Shown piece by piece: positions 40,225 to 48,562 of a stretch of DNA of 64,000 nucleotides. The DNA is taken from assembly GCA_965243025.1 (NCBI GenBank), contig CBDETY010000003.1, positions 3,168,001 through 3,232,000 of the forward strand. The letters are read 5' to 3'. The notes beneath the pieces are model-generated. The model was not told where the DNA came from. It did no database searches and worked only from the letters and a program-made list of their open reading frames with translations. Position numbers and translations under genes: made by a program. Positions within the stretch are counted from its first letter, which is position 1, and each line of letters begins with the position of its first letter. Source of the DNA: Candidatus Latescibacterota bacterium (GTDB lineage: Bacteria > Latescibacterota > UBA2968 > UBA8231).

Positions 40225-43200
40225 CTACCTCAGCAGGGAGACCTTCCTCCCCTGGCTGAATTCCCCGGCCCGCATCTCGACAATATAGACGCCGCCGGCC
40301 GCCCTGTTTCCCCGGTCGTCGAGGCCGTTCCAGTAGACGGCGTGGGTCCCCGCCTCGAGGCTGGCCGAGACGAGAGTGCGCACCAGGGCTCCGCGCAGGT
40401 CGTAGACCCGCAGCTCGGCGCGCGCCGGCCGGGGCAGGTCGAAGCGCAGGTGGGTACGGCTGTTGAAGGGGTTGGGCCAGCCCGGGTGGAGGGCGAAGCG
40501 CCCGGGAAGCCCGGCGGCGGAGGTTTCCACCGCGGTATCGTGCAGGGCTTCGCTGGTCAGGAAGGGGCGCCATTCGACTTCCCCCTCGAACAGGGCGGCT
40601 ATGGCGGTGCTGTCGGTCGTGCCCCAGTAGTTCCCCCGGGCATTCACCGGCAGTCCGGACTGGTTGACGATGGCGGCGCGGTTGTTGACGAAGGAGTTGC
40701 CGGTTATTTCCCCCGGCACCCGGGAGCCGCTGATCGTTACCGCCGTGAGGTTGTTCTCGAACCGGTTGGCGATCAGCCCCGGCGCCGAATCGAGCGACTC
40801 GACCCCGAAGGAGCCGTTGCGGAAAATCGAGTTGCGCGCCGTCACGCCCTCGACTCCGACCAGCGACATCCCCGAGCTGCTGGCGAAATCGCTCATGTCG
40901 ATCAGCCCGGTGGCGCCGCCGCTCAGCACCAGCCCGGTGCCGACGTTGTCCTCGAACAGGGTCGTCCAGACCTCCATGCGGGAGTCGGCGAAGACGGCGC
41001 CGTGGCCGATGTTGCGGGAGACCGTCACGTCCTCGAACACCATCCGGGCAAGGCCGCTGCCGAGGATCCCGTTCCTGCGATTGCCGCTGATCTCGCAGAA
41101 GTGGAGCTCGACCTCCCCCTCCCACGGGTCGAGCTGCAACCCGTGCAGGGTGCTGCCGGAGACCGTGCATTTCCACAGCTCGATCTTCTGCCCCCGGCCC
41201 CCTGTCGCCACCAGGCCTGAGCGCGGGTCCTCCTCGTCGAGCTGTCCCGACGACTCGATCCTCGTGGAGATCGCCAGCAGACCGCTGTTGCCCAGCGAGA
41301 TCCCCTCCCAGCCGGTGTTCTCGATGACGCTGTCGCGCACCCGCACCAGTCCGGTCCCCCAGGCCCGGAGCGCGTTTCCGGTGATATCCTTCAGGGTCGA
41401 CCCGTCGACCGTCAGCTCGCCGTGCACGGACATGTTGATTCCGTGGACGGTCCGCCGGACGGTCGCGTTCTCCAGGTGGGCCCGCCCCCTGCCGGAGACC
41501 TCCCCGGTCAGGGCGAAGCCGCTCTGACTGATCTCGAGGTCGGAAGCCTCGAGGGTCCCGTCGGCTTTCAGCACCAGTCCGTACCAGAGTGAATCGCTCG
41601 ACGGCGAGTCTACGGTGAGCTCCACCGGGCCGGCCGGAGTTCCCGCAATCTTCAGCCCGCCCTTGACCACGAGCTCGGTAAACCCCGAGCTCTCCCCGCG
41701 CCCGGAGAGATCGCTCGGGGCGAAACGCACGGTGGCGCCGCTGTCTATCACCAGCTCGGAACCCTTCTCGACATGGAGGTCCCAGGGCAGGACGCGGTCC
41801 TGGGACCAGGTGGTCACTCCGGCCGGCAGCCGCTGCCGCAGGAGCCCGTACCGCGAGTTCTCGACCCGCAGCCCGCCGGAGGCCTCGGCCTCTTCAACCC
41901 CCCCGGAGGCGCTCGTCATCAGGAGCAGGCCGAGCCAGTCGCCGGAGCGCGGCCGCTCCTCGGCCGACTCGAGGACCACCGGGTCCCCGGAATCGCCGCG
42001 CACCTCGAGCTCGCCGTAGACGATCATCTCCCCGAAGCTGCGGTCGAAACCGGCGGCGCGGCTGTCGCCGCGGCGGAAGCGCACCCGGGTGCCGGCCTCC
42101 AGTACCAGGCGCACCCCCGGCTCGACGACGACGTCGCCGTCGACCTCGACCTCCCCGGACCAGACGGCGTCGGCCGAGACGTTCCCCTCCACCGGCTGGC
42201 GCACGAGGATGTCGAGGCCCATGCGGCCGCCGCCGAGGTCGCGGATGTTCTCGATGGCGATCCCGAGGGGAACGCCGCGCTCGAAGCGGGCGTGGGCCCG
42301 CAGGCCGGGATTGGTGGTCAGGTCGGCGCGGTCGAAGCGGTCGCCGTCGAAGGGGTCGGTGGCGTCTCCCCGGTTGCCGTTGTGTTCGCTTGCGTAGGTC
42401 TCGTCGCGGGCCCAGAAATCGAGGTTGTCGCCGCCCCTGAGAGGGTCCGGCTGCTCCCCGGGATAGCCGCGGTCGGCGAACAGTCCGTCGGCGCAGACGA
42501 GATCGACCTGCTTGTGGCGCTCCTCGTCGTTGTCCGCCCCCTCGTCGACGTGCCATACCAGCAGCCCGCCGGCGGGGATGTTGCGGTTGTAGAAGCTGCC
42601 GGAGTTCTGGCGGTTCTCGATCAGGAAATACTCCTCCTCGGAAACCGGGATCCGGTACACCGGACCGCCGCGGTCGATCTGCTCCATCTCGAGGCCGCGC
42701 AGCGACCCGGTGACCTCGACGAGGTTCTCGTTCTCCCTGCCGAGCCAGCCCAGCTGCGCCAGCGACCAGGCGGTGAAGGGGTTGGGGCCGTCCTCGACTC
42801 CCCACCCGAGGGTGCCCAGCCCCATCAGCCCCCACTTGCCGATCCCGGCGCCGTCGAGGGCCCAGTCGATCTCCCTGCCGAGAAGCACCGTCGACTGATC
42901 GAACAGGTCGGGAAGCCCGAGCACATGGGCGAACTCGTGGCACATGGTCGCCGAGGTAACGGAGAAGACGTGGCCGCGCTGGGTGGTCCCCCCGAAGCCG
43001 GAGAAACGGCCGCGCACGCGGATGTTTCCCCCGCCGGCGGCCGGGTCGTCGCTGATGAAGTCGGCGTCGAACCCGAGGGACGCGAGCCCGGTGGCGGTGC
43101 GCAGCAGGAAGTTCACCGGCACCGTGAGCAGGTTGATGAAGACGACGTCGACGTAGCCGTCGTCGTCTCCGGAATTCGGCATCCCGTCGGGGCCGTCGTT

Positions 43201-43800
43201 GTCGAAGCGGCCCATGTCGACGTCGGCGTCGGCCTGGGTCAGGATCTCGAGGTTGAAGCGCGGGTAGTCGCCGGAGGTTCCACCCTCTTCGGGCAGGTAG
43301 GCCGCGGCCTCCTCCAGTGAGCTGTAACGCCTGGGGAGGACCTCCCCCCTTACCAGGAGCTGGCCGCGCGACATCTCGTCGTAGAAGTGGGCGAAGCTGC
43401 CCGGAAGGCCGGGGTCGAACAGGTCGTCGGCCCAGGAGGGTTTGCTGTCGGCGCCGTCCGCCTCGCCGCGGAACTTGGCGAAGATCACCAGGGCGTTGAA
43501 GGTCCCCGTGACGGCCCCGCGGCTGTCCTGCGCGGTCCGGGCGCCGGAGGCGCCGGCCTGCTTGGGGGCGCCGCCCCGCGGCGGTTGCACCGGGGGGTCC
43601 GCGGAAAACCCCGAGAGAGATTCCCCCCCCGAATGCCCCTCTCCGGCGCCGCCGCAGGCCACGACCCCCTCGGGGATCAGCTCGACTTCCGACGCGCTGC
43701 CGGGGTTGCCTTCGCCGGAGCCGAGGCAGAGGAGCAGCGAGACCGCCGCGGCTGCCGGGAGGCGGCCACCCGCGGCTACGGGCAAGGCGTCCTGCGGCAT
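40225..43800 (-). CDS. Secreted M6-family metalloprotease with beta-helix repeats and FlgD/T9SS-like C-terminal domain (paralog of 31935..34670)
   Basis: DNDGPDGMPNSGDDDG, CHEFAHVLGLPDLFD, EYFLIENRQ, GLLVWHVDE, WPNPFNSRT...WNGLDDRG...KVSLLR. Confidence 0.8.
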   Translation of the reverse strand: MPQDALPVAAGGRLPAAAAVSLLLCLGSGEGNPGSASEVELIPEGVVACGGAGEGHSGGESLSGFSADPPVQPPRGGAPKQAGASGARTAQDSRGAVTGTFNALVIFAKFRGEADGADSKPSWADDLFDPGLPGSFAHFYDEMSRGQLLVRGEVLPRRYSSLEEAAAYLPEEGGTSGDYPRFNLEILTQADADVDMGRFDNDGPDGMPNSGDDDGYVDVVFINLLTVPVNFLLRTATGLASLGFDADFISDDPAAGGGNIRVRGRFSGFGGTTQRGHVFSVTSATMCHEFAHVLGLPDLFDQSTVLLGREIDWALDGAGIGKWGLMGLGTLGWGVEDGPNPFTAWSLAQLGWLGRENENLVEVTGSLRGLEMEQIDRGGPVYRIPVSEEEYFLIENRQNSGSFYNRNIPAGGLLVWHVDEGADNDEERHKQVDLVCADGLFADRGYPGEQPDPLRGGDNLDFWARDETYASEHNGNRGDATDPFDGDRFDRADLTTNPGLRAHARFERGVPLGIAIENIRDLGGGRMGLDILVRQPVEGNVSADAVWSGEVEVDGDVVVEPGVRLVLEAGTRVRFRRGDSRAAGFDRSFGEMIVYGELEVRGDSGDPVVLESAEERPRSGDWLGLLLMTSASGGVEEAEASGGLRVENSRYGLLRQRLPAGVTTWSQDRVLPWDLHVEKGSELVIDSGATVRFAPSDLSGRGESSGFTELVVKGGLKIAGTPAGPVELTVDSPSSDSLWYGLVLKADGTLEASDLEISQSGFALTGEVSGRGRAHLENATVRRTVHGINMSVHGELTVDGSTLKDITGNALRAWGTGLVRVRDSVIENTGWEGISLGNSGLLAISTRIESSGQLDEEDPRSGLVATGGRGQKIELWKCTVSGSTLHGLQLDPWEGEVELHFCEISGNRRNGILGSGLARMVFEDVTVSRNIGHGAVFADSRMEVWTTLFEDNVGTGLVLSGGATGLIDMSDFASSSGMSLVGVEGVTARNSIFRNGSFGVESLDSAPGLIANRFENNLTAVTISGSRVPGEITGNSFVNNRAAIVNQSGLPVNARGNYWGTTDSTAIAALFEGEVEWRPFLTSEALHDTAVETSAAGLPGRFALHPGWPNPFNSRTHLRFDLPRPARAELRVYDLRGALVRTLVSASLEAGTHAVYWNGLDDRGNRAAGGVYIVEMRAGEFSQGRKVSLLR

Positions 43801-45191
43801 TCGGCTATGAACTCGGATGCCTCGAAATCGTAGGTCCTGAAGGGGTCGTCGAGGTTGAGGTACATCTCGTCCTCGACGTAGATCGAATCCCAGTCGATGA
43901 CGTAACGGGCCTTGTGGTCGGTGAGCTCACGCATCACCGCCGAGCGCGCCCGCGCCCGGGTATCCTGCGGGGGCGTCACGATGGCCCGGTTCACCATTTC
44001 GTCGGAGACCACCTTCCTGGTAATCCCCTGGTCCCGGAGATCGAAGTACAGCCCCTTGCCGGGGTTGAGGTTGTGATACTCGAGGTCGAGGCTCTGGACC
44101 CAGGTGTCCTGCCAGTCGAGCTGCTCCGACTCCATGAACGACTCGAGCAGCCATTTCTTCGTCACCCAGTCGACCCGGTCGACCAGCGCCATCGGGTCGT
44201 GAACCAGGGCGTCGAGCACGAAGCGCCACTCGTCGAGCACCCAGTCCGCCTCGCTGTCGAGGCCGCGCAGGTAGCGCTCGGCGAGCTCGAGGTACCGGTA
44301 CTGAATCTCGCTTGCGGTCGTGTAGCTGCCGTCCTCGAGCTGGACTTCCCAGCGGTACTCGAGGTCGCGGGAGATCTCCCGGATCGCCTGCACCGGGTCG
44401 AGGAGCTTGATGTCCGGGACGATGCGCTCCTCGAGCAGCTCGAGCATCAGGGCGGTGGTGCCGACCTTCAGCGCGGTCGCGTACTCCGACATGTTCGAGT
44501 CCCCTACCAGGAGGTGCAGGCGGCGGTAGAGTCCCCAGTCCGCCAGCGGCTCGTCGCGGGTGTTGATGATGGCGCGGCTGAACTGGATCCACTGGTAGAT
44601 CTCGGTGACGATGTGGTCGGCGCGCTGGGAGATCTGGTACGGGACCTCGCGGTCCTCGCCGCCGCCTCCGTACTCGAAGATGTCGGTGTGGCAGCCGACC
44701 CGGCCGGCCCCGGCGTAGATCTGGCGGCTGACGAAGAAGGGCAGGATCGCCGGCAGCAGGACCTGGGCGAAGGGAACGTCGCGGCGCACGAGGTAGTTCT
44801 CGTGGCAGCCGAAGGTCGCCCCGGTGTAGTGGTCGATGTTGTTCTTGAAGAACGAGGCGTCCTCGGCAAGGCCGAGCTGCTCGAGGGCCCGCTGCACCAT
44901 CAGCTCGCCGGCGCGGTCCGAGGCGACGAGGTCGAACAGCCCGCGGCATTCCGGGGTCGCGTACTCGACGTGGCCCATGTCGATGTACATCCTGCCGCCG
45001 TTGAACAGGAAGCCGCCGTTGCCTGGAGGCTCGTCGCGGCCCCGGTAGTGTATGTCGACGATGCCGAGGCCCTCGCGGTAGAAGACGTAGTCCTTGGTCT
45101 TCACCGAAATGAAATCCGGACTGAGGAAGGGGTCCGAGTCCGGAGGCATGCAGCCGAATTCGATTTCGAGTCCGTATATGCGGTTGCGCAT
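43776..45191 (-). CDS. pafA: Pup/UBact--protein ligase (PafA family)
   Basis: RIYGLEIEFG, NGGRMYID, HVEYATPEC, KNNID...FGCHENY, SQRADH, INTRDEPLAD, RLHLLVGDSNMSE. Last gene of the proteasome cluster. Confidence 0.85.
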   Translation of the reverse strand: MRNRIYGLEIEFGCMPPDSDPFLSPDFISVKTKDYVFYREGLGIVDIHYRGRDEPPGNGGFLFNGGRMYIDMGHVEYATPECRGLFDLVASDRAGELMVQRALEQLGLAEDASFFKNNIDHYTGATFGCHENYLVRRDVPFAQVLLPAILPFFVSRQIYAGAGRVGCHTDIFEYGGGGEDREVPYQISQRADHIVTEIYQWIQFSRAIINTRDEPLADWGLYRRLHLLVGDSNMSEYATALKVGTTALMLELLEERIVPDIKLLDPVQAIREISRDLEYRWEVQLEDGSYTTASEIQYRYLELAERYLRGLDSEADWVLDEWRFVLDALVHDPMALVDRVDWVTKKWLLESFMESEQLDWQDTWVQSLDLEYHNLNPGKGLYFDLRDQGITRKVVSDEMVNRAIVTPPQDTRARARSAVMRELTDHKARYVIDWDSIYVEDEMYLNLDDPFRTYDFEASEFIAECRRTPCP

Positions 45192-45213
45192 CTGGGTCGC
45201 CCCTGGCCGGGGG

Positions 45214-45975
45214 CTACTTCCCGAACCGGCCCAGCGCCTCCTCGAGGTCGGCCGGCGGCAACAGGCGGAACTTCGATTTCGTCGGCAGGGTGCGGTCGAG
45301 GACGGCCGCTTCGATCCGCTGGCCGCCGTCCAGAGCCTGGGAGACGCTTTCGGAGATCTCGCCGGAGGTCGGCTCCCCGGTGCGCCCGGGCTCGCTGTAG
45401 AGCCGCCCCAGCGCCCAGCGCTCGAGGGCGCGCTGCAATGCTTCGTCAAGGCCGGGAGCCTCGGATCCGGCGGCGGCGTGCCGTTCCATTGCCTCCCGGC
45501 TCTCCGGGGTGCCGGCGACCGCGGCGGCCGCGCCCGAGGCGGCGAACGATCCGTCGGCGTCGACGGTGTAGAATGCCTCCCCTCCGGCGCCGGCATCGAG
45601 CTCGGCGACGAGTACGCGGGCGATGAACGGGGAGCGAAAGATCTCGTCGAAGGCGGTCTTCATCAGCGGCCCGATTCCGAAGCTGACCAGCCGCTGCAGG
45701 GAGACGTCCCGGGCCGAGAGGTTGAACGCCTCGACGTGGGCTATGTCGATGACGGCCTTGCGCAGCTTTTCGATGTCGGCAGGGTGGCCGATGGCGGCGA
45801 AGGCGACCTGGTTGTAGATCTCGAACAGCTTGCGCGGCCCCGGCGTCGTGGTCAGCAGCAGGATGCCGTCCTCGTAGACGGAACCGACCACCGGGCTGGC
45901 GGACTTGAGCTGGTCCTCGAGGTACTCGCGGCGATTGCGGATCGCCTCGACCCAGCGGTAGGGTTCGTCGAGCAT
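45214..45975 (-). CDS. prcA: 20S proteasome subunit alpha
   Basis: RKLFEIYNQVAFAAIG, IEAAVLDRT...KFR. Follows prcB. Confidence 0.85.
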   Translation of the reverse strand: MLDEPYRWVEAIRNRREYLEDQLKSASPVVGSVYEDGILLLTTTPGPRKLFEIYNQVAFAAIGHPADIEKLRKAVIDIAHVEAFNLSARDVSLQRLVSFGIGPLMKTAFDEIFRSPFIARVLVAELDAGAGGEAFYTVDADGSFAASGAAAAVAGTPESREAMERHAAAGSEAPGLDEALQRALERWALGRLYSEPGRTGEPTSGEISESVSQALDGGQRIEAAVLDRTLPTKSKFRLLPPADLEEALGRFGK

Positions 45976-45978
45976 GGG

Positions 45979-46842
45979 TCAGTGGAGCGTCTCGTAGAGC
46001 GCCTGCAGCTCCGGTTCGGCGACCGGTTCGACCCCCGCGGCGGTGACCCGCATGACCTGGGGGAAGATGCGCGCCACCGGTTTGTAGCCGCCGGTGGCGG
46101 TGTCGTACTCGGCGGCGGTTTCCAGCATCTTCAGGATGAGGGACAGGGACTCCCCGGCCTCCATCCCCGCCAGCGGCCTTTCCCCCCAGCGGTTCAGGTA
46201 GTAGAGGGCGCCGCGGATGACCTGGGATCCCGACCCGGTTGTGCAGAAGTCGACCGACTCGAAGGTGGCTCCGAGAACGTCGTAGAAGAAGATCTTGCCG
46301 CCGCCGGGACCGCTGCCCTCGTAGGTCGCGTAGATCGGGACCACGGCGCCGATCCCCTGCAGGGCCATCGGCAGGTTCTCGCGCATCAGCCGCGACAGGG
46401 TTCGCAGCCTGCCGTCGAGGCTCATCTCCTGCAACTGCGAGCGCCGGTAGTGCTGGAAGGAAATCTCGAGCATGCGCGCGATCTCGTAGGCGTTCGCCGG
46501 CGAGCCCGACAGGGCCAGCACCGATCCGTCGTCGACCCGCAGGACCTTGTCGGCGCGGTCGTGGATGACGGTGTTGCCCATGGTCGCGCGGCGGTCCCCG
46601 GCGACGAGGACGCCGTCGCGGCAGCGCAGGGCGAGAATGGTGGTGCCTTCGGTCGACTCGACCGCGGCTTCGGCGCCGGTAGTTTCCGGCGCCCCGGGCA
46701 GCTGCCCGTTCTGTTTCAGGAGATTGAGGAAATCGGTGTGTTCCAAGGCGGATGGCCCTGTGCGGCGGCGCCCGGCCGGCGCTGCCGCCCCGGTTCGGGC
46801 CGCGCCCTGGTGGCCTGTCCCGGGAGGGGACGCCGGGCTCAC
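45979..46842 (-). CDS. prcB: 20S proteasome subunit beta (propeptide plus N-terminal Thr)
   Basis: STEG|TTILAL, VAGDRRATMG, TTGSGS, DTATGG. Confidence 0.92.
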   Translation of the reverse strand: MSPASPPGTGHQGAARTGAAAPAGRRRTGPSALEHTDFLNLLKQNGQLPGAPETTGAEAAVESTEGTTILALRCRDGVLVAGDRRATMGNTVIHDRADKVLRVDDGSVLALSGSPANAYEIARMLEISFQHYRRSQLQEMSLDGRLRTLSRLMRENLPMALQGIGAVVPIYATYEGSGPGGGKIFFYDVLGATFESVDFCTTGSGSQVIRGALYYLNRWGERPLAGMEAGESLSLILKMLETAAEYDTATGGYKPVARIFPQVMRVTAAGVEPVAEPELQALYETLH

Positions 46843-47030
46843 TCCCCGGTGCGCTGACGGTAGCGGCGCGCCTGGTTGGGGTCGACCTTGCGCATGCGGC
46901 GCAGCAGGTCGTCGGTGTTCGGCCGTTCCACCTTGGGGCGGCGGGGTCCTGGATCGTCGCCGTCGCCGCCGCCGCCGTCCATCGGCTTGGCCGGCCGCGG
47001 GGCCCGGTCGCGCATTTCAACTGACCGCAT
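46839..47030 (-). CDS. ubact: UBact-type ubiquitin-like modifier
   Basis: 63 aa, disordered Gly/Pro-rich N-part, LLRRMRKVDPNQARRYRQRTGE C-terminus (R-[TS]-G-[EQ]), between dop and prcB, GAGGAG RBS. Confidence 0.9.
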   Translation of the reverse strand: MRSVEMRDRAPRPAKPMDGGGGDGDDPGPRRPKVERPNTDDLLRRMRKVDPNQARRYRQRTGE

Positions 47031-48561
47031 GGTGCATCTCCTCGAGTTGGGTGATCAAACCCGACACGCTGTCGGCCTCTTCCAAGACCGCCATAAAGGT
47101 AGCCGCCGTTTCCCGCTCGACACAACCCTTCAGGTCGACGGTCTCGACCCTGCCGCCGACGGTGAACTCGATGCTGTCCCAGTTCAGGGAGCGCACCTCG
47201 GAACCGAACTTCTGCAGGCAGCGGCCGCGAAAGGCGGCGCGCGTCGCCTCGGGGGCCTCGACCATGGCGCGGGCAACCTCGCCGTCGCCGGCCAACTGTT
47301 CGCCGGCGCCGTCTGCGGCGAGCAGGGTGAACAGCCCTTCCTCCGGATCGATGTTGTGGTACTCGAGGTCCTGGCTCTGCAGCCAGGCGAGGTCGTCGGG
47401 GTCGTTCCAGTCCAGCCCTTCGGCCTCGGCGAAGGCCCCGAGCATCCACTCCTTCGTCACCCAGTCGCACCTGCCCCTGAGCCGCGCGGGATCCCCGGCG
47501 AGCGCCTCGAGCACCTCCTCCCAGGCGCCGAGCACCCAGTCGGTTTCCGCGTCTCTCCCCGCCGCTCCGGCCGCGGCGCGCTCGAGGAAGGCGCGCTGGA
47601 TCTCGAGCGCGGTCGTGTGCCTGCCCCCCTCCAGCTCGACTTCCCAGACGCGCCGCGGATCCCGCGAGACCGACTTGACCGCTCCCACCGGGTCGGCGAG
47701 GACGAGCCGGGGCAGCTGCCCGCGCTCGAGCAGCTCGAGAACGAGCAGGGCGGTTCCCGTCTTCAGGGCGGTGGCGAACTCCGACATGTTGGCGTCGCCG
47801 TTTATCAGGTGCAGGCGGCGGTAGAGGGCGGCGTCGGCGTGCGGCTCGTCGCGGGTGTTGACCAGCGGCCGCCGCGTCATCGTGTCGATGCTGGCGATGC
47901 ACTCGAAGAAATCGGAGCGCTGCGCCAGCTGGAACACCGCCTGGCCGGCGCCGCGTTCCGCCTCGACCCCGACCTTGCCGGCCCCGGCGAAGATCTGGCG
48001 GGTGACCAGGAACGGCAGCAGGCCGTCGATCACCTGCTGGAAGGGAACGTCGCGGCGCACGAGATAGTTCTCGTGGCAGCCGTAGCTGTGGCCCTCGAAG
48101 TCGGTGTTGTTCTTGTAGAGGCGGACGGTGCCGCCGTCGTCCCGGGTCTCGGTGCGGCGGCGCGCGCACTGCAGCAGGATGCGCTCACCGGCGCGGTCGA
48201 AGGCGACCAGGTCGCGCAGCGAGAAGACCTCGGGGGTCGAGTACTCCGGGTGGGTGTGGTCGTTGTACAGGCGCGCCCCGTTGGTGAGGATCAGGTCGCT
48301 CTTGAGCTCCTTCAGCGGTATGCGCCGGTCGCGGTCGCGCTGCAGGTGGTCGGCTTCGTCCTTGTCGTTGAGCAGCTCCTCGACCTCGAAGCCGCGCGCG
48401 TCGAGGCGCGGGTTCTCCAGCCCGTAGTCCCAGCGCGCGACGAAGTCCTCGCGCAGGTAGCAGCGGATCAGCTCCATCGACTCGACGACGACATCGAGCT
48501 TCTCCACGCCGTCGACCTGGATCCCGTACTCGGTTTCGAGACCGAACAGCCGGTCGCCCAA
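47017..48561 (-). CDS. dop: Dop-family deamidase/depupylase
   Basis: RLFGLETEYGI, LTNGARLYNDHTHPEYSTPE, YKNNTDFEGHSYGCHENY, QRSDFFE, NTRDEPHAD. Confidence 0.88.
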   Translation of the reverse strand: MGDRLFGLETEYGIQVDGVEKLDVVVESMELIRCYLREDFVARWDYGLENPRLDARGFEVEELLNDKDEADHLQRDRDRRIPLKELKSDLILTNGARLYNDHTHPEYSTPEVFSLRDLVAFDRAGERILLQCARRRTETRDDGGTVRLYKNNTDFEGHSYGCHENYLVRRDVPFQQVIDGLLPFLVTRQIFAGAGKVGVEAERGAGQAVFQLAQRSDFFECIASIDTMTRRPLVNTRDEPHADAALYRRLHLINGDANMSEFATALKTGTALLVLELLERGQLPRLVLADPVGAVKSVSRDPRRVWEVELEGGRHTTALEIQRAFLERAAAGAAGRDAETDWVLGAWEEVLEALAGDPARLRGRCDWVTKEWMLGAFAEAEGLDWNDPDDLAWLQSQDLEYHNIDPEEGLFTLLAADGAGEQLAGDGEVARAMVEAPEATRAAFRGRCLQKFGSEVRSLNWDSIEFTVGGRVETVDLKGCVERETAATFMAVLEEADSVSGLITQLEEMHHAVS

Positions 48562-48562
48562 G

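Noticed and set aside
46839-47030. Canonical Pup
   Set aside because: It ends RTGE rather than GGE/GGQ and lacks the Pup FV..YVQKGG signature, matching UBact instead.
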